NCBI RefSeq assembly: GCF_964355755.1
Contig: NC_092673.1
Coordinates: 13,054,948-13,118,947, forward strand
Source of the DNA: Antedon mediterranea
Lineage: Eukaryota > Animalia > Echinodermata
Length of the DNA: 64,000 bases
Reading direction: 5' to 3'
Shown here one piece after another: positions 14,170-28,029 of the stretch. Position 1 is the first letter of the stretch; each line of letters begins with the position of its first letter. Below the pieces are notes generated by a model that had not been told where the DNA came from, searched no databases, and worked only from the letters and a program-made list of their open reading frames with translations. The translations under genes were made by a program, and so were the position numbers.

Positions 14170-15120
14170 GCAAAAAAAATATCTCCAACTAAGAAGTGGT
14201 CTCCAGAAAAGGATGACCAGTTAGTGAAGGAAATTATTACATTGGATCCTTTTCAGTACAGAGAAAGAACGCAGCAACGCGGAAAAGTATGGAAAGACAT
14301 TGCAGGCAATCTTTCACCATCTTTCGACTTTAACTTAGATGGAAGAAATGTAAGGGATAGATGGAATCTATTAAAGGACAAGTTGAATGCAAAATTGAAT
14401 AATGAGATAAGAGGGTCTGGTATCGCTTCACCAGCATAATATCAGAAACAGAAGCTGCAATAGAAGATTTGCTAAGTCAGGAGAAAGATGCCTTAAACAT
14501 AAGATCAGAGAGTAGTGATGCAGCCGCAGCACGAGCTGCAGGTGAAGAGCTAAGGAAGCGCTCATTAGAGACATTTAGACTAAATCAAGGTAAATTGATC
14601 TTGAAGACATATTTAATCCATTTTTGACATGTTTTTACTAAAAGTAAAGCAATACAAAGACAAAAATGTAGACAGAGATGATGTAATTAAAACTTGATCT
14701 CATACTACAATATGTATGGTAAGCAGTACGTAGACAAAACCATTTCTATCTGTCTATATAATGTACATGATATCATGTTGTCTATTTTTTCCCAAAACTA
14801 AGTATACCAATAATTTTGAGCAGTCATAGTTTATTGTACATGAAAAAGAATTGCTCAATATTATTATTTGGACATATATTTTTATATATTAACAGAGAGG
14901 TAAATGCCAAAAAAAGCAGAGCAAGTAGTACCATGGAATTTTTAAAAGTGAAAATGGAGAGTGATGCTGCTGCTAAGAAGAAAGCTGAAGAGACGCAATC
15001 AAGTATGTTGTTGATGATGAAACAACAAATGGAATTAACTTGTCAACAGATACAAAATCAAAACGTTCAAATGAATAAACAAATGGAGCTCATGCTCCGT
15101 ATAATTGAAAAAAAAGTAAT
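14170..15120 (+). pseudogene. Myb/SANT-like DNA-binding ORF (Harbinger-type accessory gene), spliced and frameshifted
   Basis: KWSPEKDDQLVKEI..RGKVWKDIAGNL..RNVRDRWNLLKDK; second exon with Q/M-rich coiled coil after ..aacag (14895). Confidence 0.65.
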
Positions 15121-15179
15121 GCTCTACCTCTTAAGCCTGTTTTTCTGTCAGTTTTTACAATGATTTAGTCTGAAATGAA

Positions 15180-15490
15180 CCGCTTTACCTGCAGCTTGTG
15201 CTCCATCACTCCATCCATCTTATATTAACTTAGCAAATCTTCTATGGTTGTTTCTGATGCTGGTGGACCAGACCCCCTTATCTCATTATTGAATTTTGCC
15301 CTCAACTTTTCCTTTAATATATTCCACCGATCCCTCACATTTGTTCCATCTAAGTTGATGTCAAAAGATTATTGCTTGCAATGTCTTTCCATACTTTTCC
15401 ACGTTGCTGTGTTCTTTCTCTGTACTGGAAAGGATCCAGTATAATCATCTCCTTCACTAGCTGGTCATCCTTTTCTGTAGACCACTTTGT
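15180..15490 (-). pseudogene. Inverted, decayed second copy of the Myb/SANT exon
   Basis: 15400-15487 is the reverse complement of ~14193-14290 (aagtggtct..gaaaaggatgaccag.tagtgaagga); similarity extends to gctgcaggt at ~15187. Confidence 0.8.
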
Positions 15491-18400
15491 ACATTTAGTG
15501 CTTAGTAATATTTTTATTTACATTTCATCCAAAGACCATGAAGTATGGTCTTATGATATTTCTCATGACTCAATTAGCCTTTTCTGTATCAGACCCTCAT
15601 AGGTCATGAAGTTTAATAATAAAAGTGTATATATAAAGTAATTATAATTGTGCAATAATTGCAATAATTGTTTCGCCAATAGATGACTCGTGACTTTTTG
15701 TCGCTAAGAAACTGCTGTGCACTCGGTCCGGGATGCTGGTGCGTAGATGCCCTGTCCATACCTTGAAACAGTCTATGGGCATACACATTCCAGCCAATCT
15801 CACTACTACCAACTGTTCTGATGCACAATCTGTGCATTCGGTGCCGGTGTCCTTCTGATTACACCAGGTTGGCCTTGAATAATTACAATTTCAAATAAAC
15901 AAATACTGAAATATTAATCATACTATTATTAGTTGTTATGTAATGTTAATTTAATTTCTTTTAACCAGCTACTGAAAGTTACTGTCATTCCAAATGCAAC
16001 AAAATCAAGTAATGATGTCAGTCAACGAACCGTAAAAAGAAGAACATCAGAGGTTCAGTGACTGAGATAAACAGTATTTGTAGGTGGAGAATCAAGATAA
16101 TTATCTGAAGAAGTGCATCACCTTCCTTGAAAGTTGAATGTGGTCCTGGTTGGCAACAAATGAGAAAGCTAATAAGGTAAATAAAACAACTTTGATTGAA
16201 TAATATGGTAATACAGTATAAGCACCACCAACATGTTTATTTAAATTTGCAAGTCTCTCCGATATTTAATATGTACTCTTTTTACCAATTCTATATCATC
16301 AGAACGAGAAATGATTTCATCAATTATTTGCTTTTTCAATAGGTATCAATCCCATGCCTTCACATTTCCCTCAGAGTTTTCAAAAAATTATATGATCTGC
16401 TAAAATGTGAAGCTCATGAGATGGACAATCAACTCTAAAAGTTCAAGTATAGAAGTAGAGTACATTAAAAAAAAAACAGTGTACTCAATAGTGAAATAAA
16501 AAATAGTGAATAATTTATGCATTTCAATAATGAAATAGTAACTACTAATTGTTTTTTAGGCAACGTAATCCATCAGCAGACAGCAGAAATAACTTTGAAT
16601 TCTGCATTGCCCAAAATGCTTTGAAAATTGAAGGAAGCAAAAAACAAATTGTGGTTCTACAGGATGAAACAGCTATTGAAGACAACATGACTATGCCCAG
16701 CTGGGACAGTCTGCTAAAGCCATTTTAACAAAGTTAAAAAACTTGTAAGTAACAAATAATGGGCTTAGAGTGGCTAATGAAATTTACAAGATTATTATTA
16801 TTATTAAACACAATAATTAAAAATATTGTATGTACTTTTAGAAAGAAACAATAACTAAACTAAACAACTAAAACATTATATGGGCCCATTGCATGTGAAA
16901 TGGATTTAGTGTTTAAAAAAATCAGGTAAACCAAAGAGCATACCCGGCCAGTTACCATCAATGAAATAAATGAAATTGGTAAGTAGAATAATAGACATTT
17001 TATTTACATATTTTATTAAATTATGTAAATTATAAAAAACACAATATACAGTATCTTTTTTGACAACGACATCAAGGATTTTTTCAAAGAATATAGGCAA
17101 TATGGATATAACATTAACATATCACATGTTGAAGGTGCATGTTGTACTGGGCTTACTCAGTGGACTAGGCCAATACCAGTTTACTATCAAAACTGCCGAA
17201 ATGTGAAATTAATAAAATGATTGAGTAACGTTCCAATTTTTCTGGACTGGAATACTCAATTCCATAAAGACGATTTTAGGAGTGCTCGAAGGAATTTTAA
17301 AATTCTTGTCTTCTATATCTATGAAACTTAATGAAAATCCAAAAAGTTTCTGGTCCTGGATGAAGGAGTTGCAAGGAAGCTCCAGCTCCATCCAAGTTAT
17401 CGCATGGTGCGTGTCATACTTAAACTAATGCTAAAGCTAATTTATTTAATTAGTCTAGTGCACTACAGTAGTTGGCCAACAAGTTTGATGAGTGGAGAAA
17501 TATATCGGATGTTATTAGTTTGAAAGATACTTTGTGGCACAAAATTAAACCAAAGTCGATCAGAGTTTGAGATCCAAAAATACCAATCACCATTCCAGTA
17601 CAGAAAGAAACCTATATATTGGTACTTAAAGAGAGTGTATAGATATAAATTATCTTATGTTTGGGTGTCAAGGAGATTAGTTAGTTATGGAATGATTTCC
17701 CAAAAATGATTTACTTGATAAAAAATTCTACAGATTCTTGTCTCGTTGATGATACAGCAAAATCATGACATGGGTATAATGACGTTACCCCATATATGGC
17801 ATATCATGTAAGTGAATCAATTTCAATTAAAAGCTACTTTGAAACAAATTCTCGCAGCAAAAGTTTGAAAAAGTGAATGATAGATTTACAAATTGGTATT
17901 TCAGAGCATCAGACCACAGAAAATGGAATGCATTGAAACAAATAATGGAAAAAACAAACCGAGTAGAGTTTTTAATGAGCAAGTGTAATAGGTTTAAACC
18001 CCAGTAAACATGTAGCAGTTGTGGTGAAAAGTGTCATAATAGCAGAAGTTGTATTAATTTTAATAATGAATAAGGGGGTTTTTTTTCAGAGAGTATTTTG
18101 ATATATTATGTTTATTGTTACTCCTATTTTTTTTGCTGAAAACAAATGTTAGTGGGAAGGGAAAGTCGACCACAATGTTTCCAGCAACTAGGCATTTCAC
18201 TTAGGCAAGTATAGTGATGAAAGACAGCAGCAATCTGGATAGTAAACTAAAAGATGAGGTGAAAACTGCACATGAAATCACACTACTGCATACCACAGAA
18301 TGTCAGTTTTTTTCATTCCTCAAACCTAAAATTCAACCATCCTAATGAAGATAAATATGTACTAGCAGGGATCAGAAAACAAATTAAAAAACAATCATAA

Positions 18401-19788
18401 AGCTAAGAAAACCACAGAAAAGTAAATAAATCCAACCTTAACCTTCAAAAGATTTACTTGCAGTTTTTTTTGGCTTTAAAGTTATCAACTGGGTTAATCT
18501 TGTTTTAAAAGAAATTTTCCAAGACATTATATAGGTATTCTTTCTAACCTTGCATTTTGTAATTTTATTTCATGGCACCCGAGATGGAATAGGAGAGTAT
18601 GTGATGAGACTTGAATAGTATGAAGAAATCAGTGGCAATATTAATATGGATTTTGTCTTTTATAAAGATTTTCATCCAAATTATAGTAATCGATCTATTG
18701 AATATACAGAAAAATAAATATGCACAAAATGTGAATTTATTTAAAATGCATCCATTGGAGCAATGACTACAAATCAAACTTCATGCGTAACTACATTTCA
18801 TAACTGCCCACTCTCTGTTTGCATTAAGGTCTCCGGTTAACATCATTTTATTGTCTGCTTCCATCTTTCTTCTAGCAGCTTTATCATCACTCCAGGCAAA
18901 TGGTGTATTTAAATGTTTCCATACCAAATTAAAAAAATATCAGGAGTGTTTTGTTACATTTTCCATTACTGGTAGACTGTTTACATTTTGCGAATCTTGT
19001 TGAGTCTTTTTATAAAATTGTACATGTGATAATCCGGCTGTTTGCATTTTGTTGATTGCACATTTGGTATATCCTAAAACAGTGTCATTTCATGACAATC
19101 CATACATAAAACACACTCTTTATGACTTTTGTCAGGCTAACATCATCTGCTTGTAAGGGTAGATAACAGCATCAGTGTTATCAAATCTTTGCAGTATTAA
19201 CAGAAATTTCGTCCCCATTATCCTCAGTTTCATAGTGTTATGTGCAAGTTCAGTTTCTTTTATTAGATTAGAAAAACATGGTCTCTCATTTGCAAAAATA
19301 TTCTACTCCTACATAAAATGGTTAATTCGTATTAGTGCAAGAGAAATCACCATTCAGGTATATTCTCTATTCCTGATGTAGTGGTGGTGTAATTCATATG
19401 CCAATCAATTGTTGCCGATACATTCATGTTTAAGCTGATCCAACAAACTTGAGTTAAACAGTCAACTATCCATTTCTGAAGTCAGATAGAAGCATAATGA
19501 CTATTACAGTATACAGTATCTGTGGTATTCCAGAGACCTTCTTGGAAAGGAACTGCAAGGACGGACAGAAAGTCGCGGTATGTAATGTAGCTGCATGAAG
19601 AAAGACACATCATGAAGTGTGCTGTTGGCACTAAAATTGATTATGTGAAGATAACTATATATTATAGTTATCCACAAATCCACAATATTGACATTTTGTG
19701 CCTATATATTTACGTATATTAAGGAAGAAAAAGGAAACATTTATTTATTTTCAAACTTTGTAATCCGCCAAAGAGATATTATACTTGA

Positions 19789-20620
19789 TACAGTCAACTT
19801 TCCCAATATCGGTCCCCCTCCAGACCGGTTTTCTGGACGGTAGGTTTATAGAGAGTGTTTGGTTACACCTTTTTTACACCTCATATTGGGTTGAGAACCC
19901 TCTAACTAGGCCTAGCTAGAAAGTATTCAGTATGTGGTGTATGTTGACTCAACAAAGCTCTTATTATCAAATCATTACATTTTAGCATTTTAACTTAAAA
20001 TGTATCATAGTTTTTAATTAATAATATCTGTAATTAGTAAGTAGTAATTCCATTCGATGTTATTCTCCATCGCCGATACACCCACTGTAGGATGTATTGT
20101 ACCATGGAGAAATAAGTATTTCTTCATGATTGAACTAAGTTTATCGAAAATAACAACACTGATGCCTAACACCTATCAATCAGAAAACATTTGTTGACTG
20201 GTCATCCACCACACACGCACACATGACATCATTTACTGGGTAAATGCATAGGCCACGCCTCCCTAAATCGGCCAAAAGGAAAAAAAAAGAGAAAAGCTTT
20301 TTGTGCTTTCAGCGTGTTACACACGATCTAGGGTGGAAGGTCAGATCCGACTAAGACAAAACTGACTGAATGTCTTTGTTTTCTGATTGATAGGTGTTAA
20401 TTACGGCATCAATGTTATTATTTTCGATAAACTTAAGTTCAATACATCGTTTATTTTAACTGGGCGTTCAGTTTAGAAGGTATTTCTATTGTTTTTGACT
20501 GAATAATTTGGTCGATATTTGGAAATGGGGAAGTCGGTTTTCGGAATGGATTTTTGTACAGTAAGAATAGGCAATTTTAGCATAAAAACCGGTTTTCTGT
20601 GTGTATATATATATATAAAT
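19789..20620. mobile_element. Decayed non-autonomous Tc1/mariner-like element with an internal inverted repeat
   Basis: Starts ta-cagtcaac; 20130-20190 is inverted relative to 20377-20442; the left arm is missing in copy 2 (~370-bp deletion near 40180). Confidence 0.4.
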
Positions 20621-23399
20621 ATTGAGGTCTGTTAGTATTTGCAAGAATGCAAAAAATACTGGGTCTTCTATACTTACCCCTAGGCATAGTCATTTCATTT
20701 TTAACTGCCCATTAAACTAGCTCCAGTCAAACTGGGCCTTGCCTGACTCTGGCTCTCAAATCATTGCGATGGCATAAACTTTTGAACACTGTAAATCATT
20801 AAACATGGAATTACATCACCTTCATTCCATCCATTAAGGGATTACTTGTAAGGCCTATTATGGGCAACAGAATCAGGAAAAGAAGATATTATTGTGAGTG
20901 AGATGGAAGTGAGTGACACTGACAGGAGTGGCCTTTTTTTGTTTAGTGACTTTATGGCAGGACAATGCTACGAAGTTGATGAGTATTAGATATCACATAC
21001 GGACGTATCAAGTTATATGGGGGGGCAAGGTAAAAATAACCACTACACTAGGTGACGTTTAATCCTAAAGGGTCTACTTCTAGAAAGTTGCTACATTTTC
21101 AGACAAGCCTCCATTAAACCATGTAAAAATTTGTAAGCAGGTGAACTATGGAACCGATGTAGCAACCATGACCATACACTTTTTTACTGAGGTCAGAGGA
21201 TATACAATAAAAGGTCCAGTTAGAAATTCATGTAGTGTTTGTGAGAAAGCTGTGGCAAAAAATGCCTGCCACATTTAATGTTTTATAAGAAAATGTAGAA
21301 GCTGTATTGATGCAAGAGAAAGCATTATTTTGTTAATAATGCTTATAGATATATAGGGTTTTGTATGTTTCTGGAGATTAAAAGGATAGCTTAGAGTATT
21401 TAGTCGAATCTTCTGCACACGGAGTCTCTGAAGTAAAGATAACTGCCTGAGAACGTATTAAAGACCTTCGTCTAACGATATATGAAACGATGTTGCAAGA
21501 ATCAAGCCGGTACAGACATAGTTCTCGTTGTTCAGACAAGAAGCAATATGTCTTTGAGACAATGGAAGTTAAATTATTAGATGATGAAGTTGCTTTAAAG
21601 AGAGCATCTAATTCTTGAACCTGTCAAAAGAGGGTGAACACTAGATGGAAACAGACAATAACAGACAATAACAAAGAAGTTCTGTTGGCATTGCAATTGG
21701 AGAGGAGAAGGAGATAGAGAGCGTGCCAAAGTAAGAAAACAGCTGTGGTATATGCTCTGTACGAGAGATTGCGTGATCCAAATTTGTTAATATATTATCT
21801 TGATTGAGTGAATAAATGTAATTAAATATGTGTGCATTGGGCAAAGCTCTATCAAGTGTAGGTGAACTATTGATGACAAAGTTCAAAATATTGAGCTCAT
21901 ATATTTTACTTTAAATGCAAATATGTAGAACATTCTGGGTTGTAGGGTAGCTATAGGTAGCTATGTAAGTGAAATTTCAAGTGATGTTTATTCGTAATTC
22001 TGGAAGGAATTTTGCTTAACCAAACCATAAAAAGGTAAGAATGGTTGTGAGTTGCCTGGCCCTACATGACAGGAGAAGAAATTGGAAAGATTCTACTAAA
22101 AACAAACAAAATTACCACTAGTATATCACTCTATTTTAGGGGAAGAGTTGATCATCAAAGTTATTTTTAATTAGCATAAGTAGACCTGACCCGGGTGGTA
22201 AATACTTCTTTACCAAAACTAAAACATTTTTCATTTTAAATAAAATTAAAAATTACGTATTCCAAATATTTCAAATTGAGATACTTAGATTTAACTAATG
22301 ATGCCTAATGCCAGTAGGCCTAATGTAAAAGGGAATGAAGTTCATGTATCAAATCTAACAAAGGAAGATGCACTCAAGAAGGAGAGTTGTTATTTGAAGA
22401 TATGAAATAGTTTATTCTTTGTAATTTCCTAGGATTTTTTAAATCCATTAAAAAATCATCACTGAGTATACTAGCATGCTAGTTGGTTGTGAGATGAACT
22501 GTTAATTAAGTTATGTGTGGGGATGATGATAAAGGTCATCAGTTTTTCAATGGGTCTATTACCTCAAATTGTAGAAACAATCTGGAACAGGTGCACAAGT
22601 TGTACAAGAGGTTATATAAAAAGAGCAATACATTTATTATACTGTACATGCATTTGCCGATACTTTAGAACCATGGAAGGCAAAAGTTAGGTTCGACAAG
22701 CAGAATGGCTTTTTTTTTAATGGAGAGCAATGCATTCACCTTTTTATTTTCCATATTTCAGTTGTACCAAGAATGTACCTTGAATGTAGCAATCTGAAAT
22801 CGATGAAACCCACAAGATTTATTATGAAAAACATGTCTCTAAGAATATGTGTTTCTTTCCTGGATAACATTCATCTATCGAACCAAACAGTCTACCACCT
22901 TTTGGTAAGCATGAATTGAAATGTCTAGCAAATAAAGCAAATTTTTTATTGTTGCTAATAACACTCAAAGTTTAGAATGATATCTATGCTGAAGGGTCCA
23001 CAAAAAACTAAGCCATGCAAAGAGTAGACATTTAAATTTTATAAAAAAAAAAGAATAAATTCAAAGTTATGTTGGTATAAGTTTAAAAAAAGTAGTTTTA
23101 CTACTAAAGATTACAGTAATTTAGAATGCAATTTTATTGCAAAAAAAGAAAACAATACAAAAATGTGGCTCAATAGCCCAAATTCATTTTAATCAAGCTA
23201 AAAGATAGAGATATAAATATATATATAATACAATATAGATAATTTATTACTGTCCGGGTTAAAGTATGGTTGAGGAACAGAAATTTAATGCTTTCAGCAA
23301 CACCACTCTGTGGCTGCATGTATAAAGAGGTAAGAAGTTTTTTCAAACAAATTAGCATATAAACCTACAAAGAAGCAGATGACTTTAAAAAAACGCTGA

Positions 23400-24500
23400 G
23401 AAAGTGGCAAGACCATTATCAGCAGATGTTAAACCAAATAAGATTCAGACTTTCAACTACAAATAGTCATGATAAAGACCAACAAACGGATGTTAAAATT
23501 CAACAAAAACTAATTGTTAAACAGAGAGTACGTATTTCTAGACTAAAACATGGCGTACGTAAACTAAAACAAACAGTAACAAGGCCAACAGCCATAAGTC
23601 GCATGCTCTCAGAAAAAAATGAACTTTCAAAACATAATGTACTTTAAAACTTTTCTGTACATCAAAACAGTTCAAAAAGTACAGAAAAGCGATAAAACGC
23701 ATAGTGATACCGGACCGACAGACAGACCGACCGACCGACATAGTGAACTATTGAGTCGCGTCCACGCAACTAAAAAAAATAAAGGTACAAATGTTGGAAT
23801 GAACAACATTGCTAGTATTATAGGTCAGGTAAAACGATACATTAAAGAACCAGCATTATCATTTTTCTCCTTACAGCTTAAGAATTCTGAACTTCTAACA
23901 AAAGCCAGGGGTAGAAGATGGTCATACAGTAACAAGGTGTTAGCCCTGTCACACCATCAAGGCCCCAGGGCGTATGAATTTTGTAGACAAATATTCATTA
24001 TGCCTACACCTTCATCTTTACATAAATGGTTGAAAAACATCGAAATTCAACCAGGGTTCAACACCGTTCCATCTTCCGACATTACGCTTTCCACAATTTG
24101 TTTCCATTTTTGTCTGTTTATCGCAGGATGGTTTGTTATTGTGTTAGTGTCTACATGTCTTATTTGATTCATCCAGTTATTTCTTGGTCTTCCTACGGGT
24201 CATTTTACTTTCCTGTTAGTTTACTTCATTGTTTGTTTGATTGGGGTATCATCCGGTAATCTAATTATGCGTTTAATAGCCGGATTTAAAAAGAGAAGAA
24301 GAAGCTGAAGCAACCGATGTCCACAAATTCTTCCCATGTGCAGTTCTTTAATAAATAAAAGTCATGGCTGAATAATGTGAAAGCAGACACCACGAGCTGG
24401 ATGGCTATTGGCGATATCTAAACATCAGAAAAGACATAAAGTTTATGCTCACAGCAAGATTCAATCAAGATATTGTTGAAAACCTGTTTTCACAAACTTA
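23400..24500 (+). pseudogene. P-element/THAP9-type transposase remnant
   Basis: KARGRRWS..KVLAL..GPRAYEFCRQIFIMPTPSSLHKWL..IQPGF and KFMLTARFNQDIVENLF (~24438). Confidence 0.75.
23577..23775 (+). mobile_element. Short Helentron/HINE-like insert within the P-type remnant
   Basis: (gacc/gaca)n microsatellite followed by 3' hairpin agtcgcgt-cc-acgc(a/g)act and an A-run; subterminal agtcgc(a/g)t copy near the 5' end. Confidence 0.45.
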
Positions 24501-26184
24501 TGTAAAAACAATCAATATTGATTGAACAAGTTGTACTGCACATCTAATCAGTTTTGTGAATAAATAAAGTTTATATATATAAATCGGCAAAGTTCAACCA
24601 GGTTCAACATTGCCGATTTGTCTGGGACGAATCGTAACTATTAGCCAATCACACACTGAATATCAGTCGACGTCACTCGCGGCGGGAATCTGCTCTCATT
24701 ATCGATCCACACAACATCGACGATTGCGATAATGATAGCAGCGACAACAAACAGTTTCGACGTGTCTCTTCTTAATTTTGTTGTCTCTACGACAAAGGTT
24801 TGAAGGGATTTAAAGATATGCGAACAAAAAGCAATGCATGGAGTGAGGTTGCGGCAAAACTAGGATGTACTGTTAAAAAATGCATCCAACAGAACTAAAG
24901 TGTCCGGACAACATTTTCTTTGTTAATTTTGTGTTTTTATAGTTTATTTTGTATTTACTGTTTGTATTGTTTAAGGGTCCCTAATGATCAGCTGATGCTG
25001 GATGGACCACCCTCATAAAATATTGTTGGAAAAAAAAAAAAAAAATAGGCACATCTAGCCTAGGCCCTACTAACTAGCTAGGCCTAGTTCGCTAGCGTTC
25101 TCTACCTGCCTGCTGGATTTTGCTTTTTTAGTAGGTAGGCCTAGCCTTATCTTAATGATAAAACCGTAATTTAAAGAAAAATAGTACATTGCCTGGAAGT
25201 CAACGAGTTTTGGTTAAATTTAACTGTTATAGCTAAATCATTTTTGTTAATGTAATTTTTTTTATTTTTCATCTTCCTTAATGCAAATGGTTACAAAAAA
25301 ATTACACTAACTACAACTATGGGCCACAGTTATTGCTTTTGAGGAGTGTACTTAAGTTAAAGAGAGTAATATATTTTTTTTAATAGTTCATACATGGTTA
25401 CATTTACTTTAAAAAGCTTACAAATTCACCCTAAACTAGCAATTTTCTAGTAGCTTTTTCATGATTTCTAGTTTTTCTAATTTTAAAACTAGTATAGTAA
25501 CAATGGTACTTGATTTGCCAATTCTGTAAATTCAATTTTTTTAGAAATTAAAAATGTGCTAGGTCTACTGTAGCTAGCAAAGTTGGGTTACTAATTTCCG
25601 TTCTTTTCCTTACCCTGTTTTATAAACAAAATAAATAGATATGGTTTTTAGGACTTTTGAAATAAAAGAGCTCTATAGGCCTAGTTAGAATAGAATAGAA
25701 GTAGGCATAGAGGCTGTAAAAAAGCTGTACTGTATTTCATCACAAAACTTTACCTAGGTCCTCTTAGACTATTTACAATCACAACTTAGGACTCTTAAGT
25801 CGTGATCGGTAGTGACATGCTTGCATATTATTGACATTATTATTTTTAAGGAAGAGAGCTATTTTATTAGATCTAACTAAGATGAACCAGTCTTCCTAGC
25901 ACATTAAAATCATGACAAATTAGTATTAATATAATCGGACTTTGAATAGGTTGTTTTAGTTTTAATAAAGTTATTAAATATTATCACTTCCATATAGAAA
26001 AAAAAACAAATGTTTTCACTAATAAAATGACAAAATAAATTTAAATGGTTACATTCAACCACAAAACCATTTTGATGATATCTAAATGCTTTAAATTACA
26101 TTTTTTCAGGTAAATAAATTTTTCTTTTTTAGATCCAATTTTTGGTCAAAGTGGATAACTAGGCCTTAGGCATATTCTAGGATG

Positions 26185-27391
26185 CAGACGTTCCAACCCT
26201 CCCGATTTATCCGGGAGTCTCCCGAATTTTAACATCACCTCCCGGTCTCCGAATTTTAAATATATCTCCCGATTTCACACATTTCTATAAAATTAAAATT
26301 CAGTATTATTGCATTAAATTAAAATCTATCTTCCCACGAAAGTTAATATTACAAATTAATTTAATCTCACACGTCGTACGTACCACCCCGTATGATACAA
26401 CGAACATGTATTGTAATGTATGTAAAGATTGTATAGCATAGTACAGCATACTGTAAGGCGACGTCCTTTGTGTTTACCGACAGTATGTGATTCTTACCTT
26501 TAGCGATAAAGCTACAGTATCGCTTTATCAGTAGAGTAGGTGCACGTGTACTGAAAATTTTTCCTGGTTACAAGTTTGACCTAATTCCCATGCCCAGGGA
26601 AGGCATCATCGTCAGTGTAGTAGTAGTAGTACTGTGCGACGTCCTTTGTGTTCACCGACAGTACGCGATGAATCTACAGAATCAGTAGTAGGCGCGCGTG
26701 TACTGAAATTGCTAGTTACAAGTTCTTTGACCCAATTCCAATGCCCAGGCATCGATCGTACCATCGTACAGTACTGTATGTATTATCACTGCGCATGTAC
26801 CGGAAAAGTACTTGTAGTACTGTATTTTGCGTACATACTTTCGTGAATTGCAATCAGTCGTGACATTTTCTGGTTTTACAGTATGTCGGAAAAACGTAGT
26901 AGCGTAGTTTGAGAGACTAAAGAAAGTTGTAAAAAGAAAAAATATAAAACTAGATTTTCTAATGAATGAAAAAATACGTTTCCGTTTGTTAGTGCGAGTA
27001 ATCAACACGCTACCGAGAGTGAATACAAGTTTTTTTGCACTATTTGTAACGTGAATTTGTCATGCTCACAGGGAGGAATCAACAATGTTGCTGTACACTC
27101 CAGTAAGTTGTTTGTTTTAATTTGTATTTTTGTTAATGAATTAATACAACTAAGTACAGATTTGATTTGTACTGTGAATGATTTTTTATTTAAGTGTATA
27201 CAACAATATAAAGTTAGTAAATATAGTTTGATTTATAATCACCAAACAAGTTCTTTTCTTTTTGTTTGTATTACTCTGATTTGCAAAGAGCTGTCTTAAG
27301 ATTCGTGTTGGTAGTACAGTATACTTTTATTCTTGAACGTTGGTGGCGGTATACCCTCCCGATTTTTAATTCATTTAGGTTGGAACGTCTG
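26185..27391 (+). mobile_element. Non-autonomous hAT-like element with 14-bp TIRs and 6-bp TSD
   Basis: cagacgttccaacc...ggttggaacgtctg flanked by aggatg on both sides; subterminal ctcccg repeats; internal zinc-finger exon F..EW..FPF..FFCTICNVNLSC..GG..DV..H. Confidence 0.8.
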
Positions 27392-27544
27392 AGGATGTGA
27401 CATTAAAAAAAATGGCATATTAAAAAAAAAACAAGGGGACAATACATCTTATTGCCTGGGTCTAATAATACTGTACCAAAGGAGATTACAATACCACTAC
27501 TATTAGGCCGCCTACTAATAATATTAGCCTCTAATACAAAACTA

Positions 27545-27935
27545 AAGCTTGTTTTCCATTAAATCGCTACATCATGTCGACATGTATCGCCGACAGTTGT
27601 CCCCGACTTAGGATAGTGATTTTATGGAAACGCTCGTTGTAGGGTGTCAATCTGGTACTAAACTATGCATGCATTGACACCAAAAGCACAAAAAAGGTAC
27701 GTACACACTTACGTAATTTGAAATGGCAGCAATTGCAAGACGTCAAATTTTAATTTTAAAAAATGCTTCTGCTTTTATGGAAGCAAAAAAAGCAAAACCA
27801 ATGTAAAATCAATAAAAAAAAGAAAACATCGATGTTGGGTTAGAAAAATCTACCAAGAACGTACGAAATATGGACAGTACTCGACACTATTTAGAATTCT
27901 AAAAAGTGATGACCGAGAGTACTTTTACAGGTAGC
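27545..27935 (+). pseudogene. Harbinger transposase N-terminal fragment
   Basis: HRCWVRKIYQERTKYGQYSTLF..DDREYFYR followed by a gt splice donor. Confidence 0.5.
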
Positions 27936-28029
27936 TAAGAAAGTTAGTTAGTAAGTTAGTTATCATATTATGGTTAAAATATTATATAGAGAATTCAAAA
28001 CCTAACTATTTTTAAATAAAATATCTTGA

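Noticed and set aside
15960-19620. Host gene in the exon-like, stop-riddled region
   Set aside because: No coherent reading frame or recognisable domain; probably further decayed TE sequence that I cannot assign
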